In this document: positions 7,030 through 13,716 of the stretch, piece after piece
Layout of the letters: every line of letters starts with the position of its first letter
Numbering within the stretch: the stretch's first letter is position 1
Origin: Myxacorys almedinensis A
GTDB taxonomy: Bacteria; Cyanobacteriota; Cyanobacteriia; Leptolyngbyales; Leptolyngbyaceae
DNA length: 13,716 nucleotides
Direction: 5' to 3'
Assembly: GCF_010091945.1 (NCBI RefSeq)
Contig: NZ_WVIE01000002.1
Location: 58,086-71,801 of the forward strand
Translations under genes and position numbers: made by a program
The notes under the pieces: model-generated
What the model was told of the DNA's origin: nothing
The model's input: the letters and a program-made list of their open reading frames with translations, nothing else
Databases searched by the model: none

Positions 7030-7396
7030 GCTTGATTTGCCTTGGTTCTCGGTTTAGAAAAACGACCCAAAAAACTTGCGATCGTTTTCCCAACTCCGAG
7101 TAAACTAGCAAGACTTGTTTCCTGTCAGTCTCCGGGTTTCACACCCAGACAGGAAAGATGGAAAGCTGCTTAGTTCACCCGTACTTCTTGATTTTGCGTC
7201 ACAAATTTGCGATTTTGGGTTAGCTCTGTATCCAACCCAACCAATTCATTTAGTGGAATGGATATTTCAAGGGCAACAGGTCTGCTTTGCGAGCAAGACG
7301 CAACGAGGTAGAGCGAGTCTAGAAGTTGCTGTTTATTTCTTTATTTTGCACTGCTTTCCAGTCAATTTTTCTGTTTGCTGTCACGCCGTTGAACCC

Positions 7397-7795
7397 ATGA
7401 GCGCACTGCCTTTACCCAAGCCCCCTGCCCAGCAGCCCAAGAGAACTCCTCGTTCCAATCCTCACGCTACTCAAAAGCGTCAGCAACGCCACTATCAAGC
7501 CCTTGCCTTTGAAGCAACGCTCAAAATTGGGGTGAATATTGTGATTTCGGGAGCCGCGATCGCAGCCCTAATTCAGCTTCTTCCTTACCGTGCTGCCCAA
7601 CAGACCAAGCTGAAGGAGATCCAATCTGAAGTCAGTACAACTCATGAACGGGTTGGAAAAGTAAAAGCAGACTTTAACCGCTACTTTGATCCTCGTCAAG
7701 CAAAGTCAATTATTCAAGAGCAAACCAATTTGGCTGATCCCCATCAAAAAAGTGTGGTGTGGGAGCCTGAATTGCCCACTGCTGAACAGCCGTAA
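7397..7795 (+). CDS. Small bitopic membrane protein with a coiled-coil region (FtsB/DivIC-like topology), function unknown
   Basis: The ATG at 7397 gives 132 aa. It has a basic Pro/Gln-rich N-terminus, one TM segment (IGVNIVISGAAIAALIQLL), a heptad-like KLKEIQSEVSTTHERVGKVKADF, then DPRQAKSIIQEQTNLADPHQKSVVW. This is reminiscent of septum-formation-initiator proteins. The 94 residues upstream in the TTG-started track ORF are Cys/Phe-rich and look non-coding. Confidence 0.6.
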   Translation: MSALPLPKPPAQQPKRTPRSNPHATQKRQQRHYQALAFEATLKIGVNIVISGAAIAALIQLLPYRAAQQTKLKEIQSEVSTTHERVGKVKADFNRYFDPRQAKSIIQEQTNLADPHQKSVVWEPELPTAEQP

Positions 7796-7922
7796 CTCTC
7801 CCTTGCAACTCGTAGCGCCAAAGATGAACGTTTTGCAGAGAAATGCTGCGTCTGTTTTGTGACCTCAAATTTGTTAGCTCAAACGGGAGGGGGGCTAGTC
7901 CTTCGTTGGCTCACTCTTTGTG

Positions 7923-8795
7923 CTAGTCGCCTACGACAAATGCCTGCATGATCCACTTGCCGTCTTCTTTGGCAAACAGAACCCGGTAGCCTAGCGGGTT
8001 GTAAGCGTAGCGATTTGAAACATAACCCGATTTGTCGTTGGGCAAAATCACTGGAGTCCAGGCGCTGAGACTGCTTTGTTGAACCGTTTCAGGCATGTCG
8101 AGCATCGCTGTTCTGAAGGTATTGCGATCGAACTTGACAATCTCGTTCGTCAGCAGAGCCACAACCGGAGAATTAGTATTGGGCTGCGATCGCACATTCA
8201 CATTCTCGCCGACTACGATCACGGACGTTTCGTAAGCCACAGCTTTTTGGTCGTCAGGGGCATCTTTAATCGCACCGTTAAACTGGCGAAAAGTGGTTGG
8301 GCACGAAAAGAAGATTCGCTCATTGGTGCAGCCTAGCGCCAACGCCTTCTCTAAATCTGCCCAGAAAGGAGACTTAGGATTTTCGGGATTAAGGTAGCTA
8401 ATCGTCCGCTCAGGTCCAAATCCTAACTTTGTTTCAGGGGTGACGATACTGCGAATAAATTGAGCATCGCGATCGCGCACTGCTTGCTTAACTCGCTCTA
8501 AAAATTGAGCAAAGTCTGGCACTTGAGCCGACTCATCCGTAAGGCTAATTTTCCAATGAGGAAAATTTGTAAGTTCTGCCGATGAAGAGGGTGCAACATC
8601 CGGTCTGGGGGACTGAGGCGCAGACGGAATACGAGGCTGGGTCGGCATTGAGGGCTGTAACTCAGTGGTCGGCGATGTAGACTTGTCCTCAGTAAGGGGT
8701 AGCGAACTGCGGTTAAAGTACGTCACGGCGGCGACAGAGCCAATAGCCGCAGAAAGCACAACCGCTCCAGACAACAATGCTGCTTGATATTTCAT
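7923..8795 (-). CDS. Membrane-anchored or secreted hypothetical protein with a bacterial SH3 (SH3b) domain
   Basis: N-terminal anchor MKYQAALLSGAVVLSAAIGSVAAVTYF, then a Pro/Ser-rich linker, then a globular region. An SH3b-like motif follows (VVGENVNVRSQPNTNSPVVALLTNEIVKF). Start is uncertain: GTG 8852, ATG 8828 or ATG 8795. I prefer 8795 because it directly precedes the signal anchor. Confidence 0.65.
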   Translation of the reverse strand: MKYQAALLSGAVVLSAAIGSVAAVTYFNRSSLPLTEDKSTSPTTELQPSMPTQPRIPSAPQSPRPDVAPSSSAELTNFPHWKISLTDESAQVPDFAQFLERVKQAVRDRDAQFIRSIVTPETKLGFGPERTISYLNPENPKSPFWADLEKALALGCTNERIFFSCPTTFRQFNGAIKDAPDDQKAVAYETSVIVVGENVNVRSQPNTNSPVVALLTNEIVKFDRNTFRTAMLDMPETVQQSSLSAWTPVILPNDKSGYVSNRYAYNPLGYRVLFAKEDGKWIMQAFVVGD

Positions 8796-8910
8796 AGTAT
8801 GTGGCTGCCCAAGACTCGAAACGGGCATGTCCTTTGTACTATATAAATTCACGCATAAGCGCTAGAATTCCGGACTATTCTTCTCTCTCAAAAGAAAGAC
8901 CTGGCGGCGG

Positions 8911-9702
8911 TTACGCGCCCAAACTCTTTATCACGTCTTTGCCATTCTGCTGAAGAATGATGGTAGGCTCTCCACTCCGGCTCATGGTGATGCGCTTGAG
9001 CAGAACTTGCCCATTTGCCAAGTAGTCTCCAGACTGCACATAGCGAGGGGAAGCATCGGGTTCTTGAACGATCGCAGTCAATTTTCCACCCACTTGCAGG
9101 ACGCCAGTAATGGTTACGGTCTCGGCTAACGCCGTCAGCGTCACTGGTACAGAGTTTGGCAGCGCGTTTACGGAAGCAGAAGCAGTGGCAGCGATCGCAA
9201 GCGGGGGAAGGGCAGTAATCGGAGCAGGAGCGGGCAAGATTGCCGTCTGCACAGAGTTTGGAACACCCCCAGGCACAGCGTTGACCTGTACTTTTGGCAG
9301 GGGAAACGACGCACTGGTTGAAGACTGCGCTTTGGGCTGGGGCTGACTTTGTGTGAGCTTTTGTGGCGGCGTAGGTTTTGCCAAGAGTTGAGCCGCCATC
9401 CTGGGGCTGATTCTGAGGTCGCCCGGAGGCAGTGCCGCAAAAGGATCGCGATCGCCTCCACTCGGATTTGAAGCCTGACCTCCCGCCGAAATTTGAGCGA
9501 CTCGGGCTGAGCCATTTGTAACCTGAATCATGCCTTGAATTGGAACGGATGGCAACACAGGAGGGGCAGCAGGAACGGTGGGTTGAGAGAATGTTTGAGG
9601 GATAGGGGAAGGTTGGTTGGCTTGGTTGGTAGGAGGGCTACCACAGCTTGCTAGTACTAATGTTGCTGAAGCTAGACCAGTCATCAATTTCAGGGTTTTC
9701 AT
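8911..9702 (-). CDS. Lipoprotein with a Pro/Gln/Ala/Ser-rich linker and a PilP-like C-terminal domain
   Basis: Lipobox signal MKTLKLMTGLASATLVLASC|G. An RDPF motif is present (GGDRDPFAALPP). The C-terminal block TITGVLQVGGKLTAIVQEPDASPRYVQSGDYLANGQVLLKRITMSRSGEPTIILQQNGKDV follows the PilP/GspC-HR pattern (lvG...g..A.v....y.V..Gd.l..g.v..I....v.l..nG). The family call is by pattern recognition only. Confidence 0.6.
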   Translation of the reverse strand: MKTLKLMTGLASATLVLASCGSPPTNQANQPSPIPQTFSQPTVPAAPPVLPSVPIQGMIQVTNGSARVAQISAGGQASNPSGGDRDPFAALPPGDLRISPRMAAQLLAKPTPPQKLTQSQPQPKAQSSTSASFPLPKVQVNAVPGGVPNSVQTAILPAPAPITALPPLAIAATASASVNALPNSVPVTLTALAETVTITGVLQVGGKLTAIVQEPDASPRYVQSGDYLANGQVLLKRITMSRSGEPTIILQQNGKDVIKSLGA

Positions 9703-9838
9703 ACTGACTCTTCAGGTTACACGTAGTTGATTTTTTACCAGAATATCCCCTATTCTTCCCCGTGCACGTTTTGTTTCACCACGCCAGATTTGTAGTGACC
9801 GCAATCGCATCTCAGGTCAACTTCAATAAGATAGAGAC

Positions 9839-12094
9839 ATGAATTCATCGACGCATCCCATTTCCAAAGATCTGGTTCTCGTTGGCGGCGGGCATAGTCA
9901 CGCGATCGCGCTGCGGACGTTGGCAATGCATCCCCTCCCCGGCGTACGGATCACGCTGATCAGCGACCCATCAGATACGCCGTATTCTGGTATGTTGCCG
10001 GGGCATGTCGCAGGATTTTATGCTCACGAAGAATGTCACATTAATCTACGATCGCTCTGTCAAGCGGCACAGGTAACTTTGATCTGCGATCGCGCCATCG
10101 GGCTAGACTTGGCAACCAATCGGGTGCAATGCATCAATCATCCTGCGATCGCATTTGACATCGTATCGATTGACATTGGCAGTACGCCAATATTACCGCC
10201 AGCATTTCCTTTATCTAAACACCACGTTGGAGCAAAACCAATTCCAGCGTTTCTAGAGTGGTGGTATCACCTGTGTGAAAACGTGCCATCAAGCTTAAAT
10301 CTTGGCATTGTAGGAGGCGGCACAGGTGGCGTTGAGCTTGCTTTGAATATGAACCATCGTTTAGAGGAAGTGCTGCGTCATCAAGAGCGATATCAAGAGC
10401 GATCCGAGCAGCATTTCACAATTCATTTATTTCACCGGGGTCAGCAGCTATTACCCAACCACAATCGATGGGTGCAACGGCATTTTCAGCATCTTTTGCG
10501 CGATCGCAACATTCAACTCTATCTAGGAGAAACGGTGGAAGGAATTGCAGAAGGTGCAATTTTCTGCGCGTCGGGGTTAACGGTGCCATGCGATGAGACG
10601 GTTTGGGTAACGGGGGCGGCGGCTCCACGGTGGATTGCCCAATCGGGGTTAACGGTTGATGCAGACGGGTTTATTTTGGTGAATGATGCCTTGCAATCGG
10701 TGTCACATTCCCAGGTGTTTGCGGCGGGAGACATTGCCACGATGAGCCATTATTCTCGACCAAAGGCGGGAGTGTTTGCTGTGCGGCAGGGGAAACCCTT
10801 AGTTGAGAATCTCCAAAATGCCTTGAGGGGGCGATCGCTAAAGCCCTATCGCCCCCAAAAAAACTATCTAAGCCTGATTGGAACAGGGGATGACTCAGCC
10901 GTCGCATCGTATGGAATTTTGGGACTTCATGGGCGTTGGTTGTGGACGCTCAAAGATCAGATCGATCGGGCATTTATGAATCGCTTCACGACCTTAGCAG
11001 AGACGATGACGCCAGACGACGCAATCCATCCCTCCTCTCCTGCTAGCCCTATTTCCATGAGGTGTCTAGGCTGCGGTGCAAAAATAGGAAGCAGCATATT
11101 AGAACGGGTATTACAACGCATTCGAGATGAGTTGCCCAATGCTAAACGAGAAGATATTTTACTGGGGCTAGATGACCCAGATGATGCAGCAGTGGTGCAA
11201 ATCCCATCGGGAAACGTCATGGTGCAAACCATCGATTATTTTCCGGCGCTAGTGAGCGATCCATTTTTGTTTGGGCAAATTAGCACAAATCATAGCTTGA
11301 GCGATGTGTTCGCCATGGGAGCAACGCCTCAGAGTGCCCTTGCGATCGCAACTCTGCCTTACGCCACCGAGCCAAAACAAGAAGAAACGCTCTATCAGCT
11401 TTTGTCTGGCGCAGTTAAAACTCTTCACCAAGCTCAAGCCGTCTTGATTGGTGGACACACGATTGAGGGCGAAACTCTTGCCTTTGGCTTAGCCTGTAAT
11501 GGGGTTGCCCGACCGGATCGGCTGCTCCGAAAAAATGGACTGCACCCCGGACAAGTTCTAATTTTGACAAAACCGATCGGCACCGGAACGCTCTTTGCCG
11601 CCGAGATGCGCCATAAAGCAAAAGCCCGATGGATCGATGGCGCGATCGCATCGATGATATCTTCTAATCAACACGCAGCAACCTGCTTTCTGCACCACGG
11701 CGCAACCGCCTGCACCGATATCACCGGGTTTGGGCTGCTAGGGCATTTGGTTGAAATGGTGAAAGCATCTAGAGTTGCGATCGCGCTTCAATTAGAGGCT
11801 GTGCCAATGTTGGAAGGAGCGCAAGACTGCATTCAACAGGGCATTTTTAGTTCGCTTTATCCGCAAAATCTTCGCGCTAGTCAGTGGGTTGCCAACGATT
11901 CCGCGCTCCGGTCTCATCCCCTATTTCCGTTACTGTTTGATCCTCAAACCTCTGGCGGATTGCTCGCCTCAGTGCCATCGGCTCAGGTAGACGCCTGTTT
12001 AGCCGCTTTAAAGGCGGCAGGATATTGTCACAGCACGGCGATCGGGTCTGTCTATCCTAAACAAGATGGTGTAGAAGCCGTTACGATCTCATAA
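9839..12094 (+). CDS. selD: Bifunctional FAD-dependent pyridine-nucleotide-disulfide oxidoreductase / selenide, water dikinase (SelD fusion)
   Basis: 751 aa. The N-terminal ~380 aa form a flavoprotein (VLVGGGHSHAIAL..., second Rossmann GIVGGGTGGVELAL, AAGDIA). The C-terminal ~350 aa form SelD: Cys-type active site RCLGCGAKIGS, then DDAAVV, SLSDVFAMGA and an AIR-synthase-like fold. There is no in-frame TGA. Confidence 0.88.
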   Translation: MNSSTHPISKDLVLVGGGHSHAIALRTLAMHPLPGVRITLISDPSDTPYSGMLPGHVAGFYAHEECHINLRSLCQAAQVTLICDRAIGLDLATNRVQCINHPAIAFDIVSIDIGSTPILPPAFPLSKHHVGAKPIPAFLEWWYHLCENVPSSLNLGIVGGGTGGVELALNMNHRLEEVLRHQERYQERSEQHFTIHLFHRGQQLLPNHNRWVQRHFQHLLRDRNIQLYLGETVEGIAEGAIFCASGLTVPCDETVWVTGAAAPRWIAQSGLTVDADGFILVNDALQSVSHSQVFAAGDIATMSHYSRPKAGVFAVRQGKPLVENLQNALRGRSLKPYRPQKNYLSLIGTGDDSAVASYGILGLHGRWLWTLKDQIDRAFMNRFTTLAETMTPDDAIHPSSPASPISMRCLGCGAKIGSSILERVLQRIRDELPNAKREDILLGLDDPDDAAVVQIPSGNVMVQTIDYFPALVSDPFLFGQISTNHSLSDVFAMGATPQSALAIATLPYATEPKQEETLYQLLSGAVKTLHQAQAVLIGGHTIEGETLAFGLACNGVARPDRLLRKNGLHPGQVLILTKPIGTGTLFAAEMRHKAKARWIDGAIASMISSNQHAATCFLHHGATACTDITGFGLLGHLVEMVKASRVAIALQLEAVPMLEGAQDCIQQGIFSSLYPQNLRASQWVANDSALRSHPLFPLLFDPQTSGGLLASVPSAQVDACLAALKAAGYCHSTAIGSVYPKQDGVEAVTIS

Positions 12095-12162
12095 TGATCT
12101 CATAATAATAAATCTCATAATTAAGTTGACGTTAACCACACGGCAATTATCCCTTACCGTTC

Positions 12163-13218
12163 ATGGCTCAAAGCTGCTCTGTCGATGACTTTCTTAATCG
12201 CTCAACCGTGCTTCTCGACACTCGCAGTCCGGAAGAATATCAACAGGGACACATTGAGGGTGCAACCAGTTTTCCTCTCTTTTCAGACGACGAACGGGCG
12301 CAAGTTGGAACCTGCTACAAGCATCATGGGCAAGCCGCTGCGATCGAGCTTGGGTTAGAATTCGTTGCCCCAAAAATGGTGGAGTTTGTCAGAACGGCAA
12401 AGCACCTTGCCCCCGATCGAGCCGTTCGGCTCCACTGTTGGCGCGGCGGTATGCGAAGCAGCAGCATGGCGTGGCTCCTCGAAACCGCAGGATTTGAGGT
12501 AACTCTGCTCAAAGACGGCTACAAATCCTTTCGCCATTGGGTACGGTTGCAGTGTGCTTGCCCTCGGCAAATTTTGACGCTGGGCGGCATGACCGGATCG
12601 GGCAAAACTCAGATGCTGTATGCCTTGGCAGAGCAAGGAGAACAAATTTTAGATTTAGAAGCCGTTGCCCATCATCGGGGCAGTAGTTATGGTGCATTGG
12701 GATTGCCAGAACAGCCGACAACCGAGCAGTTAGAAAATGCGATCGCGCTGCAATGGGCAACCTTTGACCCCACTCGCCCGGTGTGGATCGAGGCGGAAAG
12801 TCGGCGGATCGGGATGTGTCGTGTGCCCGATGAACTGTTCGATCAGATGATGAAAGCACCCGTTATCCAGATGGTGCGATCGCGTCAAGAACGAATTGAT
12901 ATACTGCTAGACGTGTACGGCTCAGCCAATCCTGAAGAGTTGGTGGCAGCCACCGAGCGCATTAGCAGAAAGTTAGGGGGACAACATGCCAAACAAGCCG
13001 TTGACTATATTCGGCAAAGTTGTTTAACCCCTGCGATTGACCTGATCTTGAACTATTACGACAAAACGTATTTGTACGATTTGCAGCGACGAAATACCCT
13101 AATTCATACGGTTGATGTGACGGGGCTATCGCCTCAATTAGCGGCAATCCGTTTGATTGAGCAATCGCAGCAAATCTTGAAAGCGCGATCGCGACAAGAG
13201 TCGATTGTCCCATCCTAA
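12163..13218 (+). CDS. selU: tRNA 2-selenouridine synthase (SelU/MnmH)
   Basis: 351 aa. It has an N-terminal rhodanese domain with the catalytic loop HCWRGGMRSSS, followed by a P-loop GGMTGSGKT. It lies 68 nt downstream of selD. Confidence 0.88.
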   Translation: MAQSCSVDDFLNRSTVLLDTRSPEEYQQGHIEGATSFPLFSDDERAQVGTCYKHHGQAAAIELGLEFVAPKMVEFVRTAKHLAPDRAVRLHCWRGGMRSSSMAWLLETAGFEVTLLKDGYKSFRHWVRLQCACPRQILTLGGMTGSGKTQMLYALAEQGEQILDLEAVAHHRGSSYGALGLPEQPTTEQLENAIALQWATFDPTRPVWIEAESRRIGMCRVPDELFDQMMKAPVIQMVRSRQERIDILLDVYGSANPEELVAATERISRKLGGQHAKQAVDYIRQSCLTPAIDLILNYYDKTYLYDLQRRNTLIHTVDVTGLSPQLAAIRLIEQSQQILKARSRQESIVPS

Positions 13219-13247
13219 TATCAACCGCTAAACGCAGGAGAGTTGCC

Positions 13248-13604
13248 ATGCTGCTATCTATTTCTGATACTCATTTCAAAATTGATCTAGACCCATGGGA
13301 GCGAATCTGGGCGTTCTACTTTAATGCCGATTTGCACATTCCACTCGCGCATATTGTTCGCGCTACAACCGAGGAACCGTCAAGCGATTGGCGAGAAATT
13401 CGGCTTCCCGGAACCGCCATTCCCGGACTGATCAAAGCAGGAACTTATTACACATCCCAGGGAAAAGATTTTTGGTACGTCACCCGTGGTGACAGGTATC
13501 TAACGCTGGAATTAACCAATGAGTTTTACCAAAGAATTGTGTTAACTGTTGAGCAAAACCAAGCTTGGGCAGATCAGATTAATCAACGTCTCGCGGCTAA
13601 CTAA
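13248..13604 (+). CDS. Hypothetical protein, 118 aa (possibly a bacterial PH-like fold)
   Basis: ATG with GGAGAG 7 nt upstream. It starts 29 nt after the selU stop on the same strand. The pattern IPLAHIVRAT...RLPGTAIPGLIKAGTYY...FWYV...YLTLEL resembles bacterial PH (bPH) domains, but I recognise no confident family. Confidence 0.55.
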   Translation: MLLSISDTHFKIDLDPWERIWAFYFNADLHIPLAHIVRATTEEPSSDWREIRLPGTAIPGLIKAGTYYTSQGKDFWYVTRGDRYLTLELTNEFYQRIVLTVEQNQAWADQINQRLAAN

Positions 13605-13716
13605 TTAAACATTCTCAGCCTGTAGATGATTTGGGGAAAAGGGCAAAAGCCTCTCATACTTTAGACCCTTACATCAGGAAAAGCAGCGTACAACCGAGTT
13701 AGCAATGCCGAACTCA

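Noticed and set aside
6680-7111. ORFs 6680-6868, the 6796-6909 extension of psaM, and minus-strand ORFs 6879-7070 and 6908-7111
   Set aside because: psaM is a well-known 31-aa gene with its own SD. The other ORFs overlap it in antisense or run through intergenic DNA, and their composition is not protein-like.
7115-7396. TTG-started 94-codon upstream extension of the 7397 gene
   Set aside because: The translation is Cys/Phe/His-rich with no recognisable features. The region contains a strong hairpin and simple repeats. The ATG at 7397 gives a coherent protein with a basic tail, a TM segment and a coiled coil.
9110-9515. ORFs 9110-9346 (+) and 9168-9515 (-) inside the PilP-like gene
   Set aside because: They are alternative-frame or antisense ORFs generated by the low-complexity Pro/Ala/Gln-rich coding region. 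The main frame has a lipobox and a folded C-terminal domain.
9827-9841. A possible leaderless selD transcript (TAAGAT at 9827-9832, 6 nt before the ATG)
   Set aside because: There is no acceptable -35 at the proper spacing, and a single AT-rich hexamer is weak evidence. This cannot be supported without TSS data.
9839-12094. A selenocysteine (in-frame TGA) version of SelD
   Set aside because: The ORF is uninterrupted, and the active-site position is Cys (RCLGCGAK). There is no recoding signal to explain.
10416-12859. Multiple minus-strand ORFs of 60-116 aa within selD and selU
   Set aside because: They are shadow ORFs antisense to two strongly supported genes, and no motifs are present.
1-13716. 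tRNA or rRNA genes, transposase or integrase genes, and inverted terminal repeats
   Set aside because: Scanning both strands found no T-loop or GTTCGAATC-type motifs in a cloverleaf context, no rRNA-like stretches, and no transposase-like ORFs.

Overview
This is a chromosomal segment from a cyanobacterium. Two things support that. The HIP1 octamer GCGATCGC occurs about 28 times by my eye count, where fewer than one is expected by chance. The window also carries a textbook psaM. It is mostly housekeeping. Left to right: the 3' end of a TPR-repeat gene built from near-identical 126-bp units; a MazF/PemK toxin with a DUF2281-like antitoxin; a 75-aa orphan ORF; a long-form cbiX cobaltochelatase behind a clear cobalamin riboswitch; speA; ndk with a strong terminator; a TerC-family membrane protein; psaM; a small single-TM coiled-coil protein; an SH3b-domain protein; a Pro/Gln/Ala-rich lipoprotein with PilP-like features; a flavoprotein::SelD fusion followed by selU; and a small PH-like ORF. 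I found no tRNA, rRNA, CRISPR array or transposase. I see no convincing novel multi-gene system. The items most worth follow-up are a possible yybP-ykoY (Mn2+) riboswitch-like leader ahead of the TerC gene, the orphan PilP-like lipoprotein paired with the SH3b protein, the flavoprotein::SelD-SelU-PH-like cluster, and an unexplained structured ~390-bp spacer downstream of psaM. All family assignments come from reading motifs in the translations, not from database searches.
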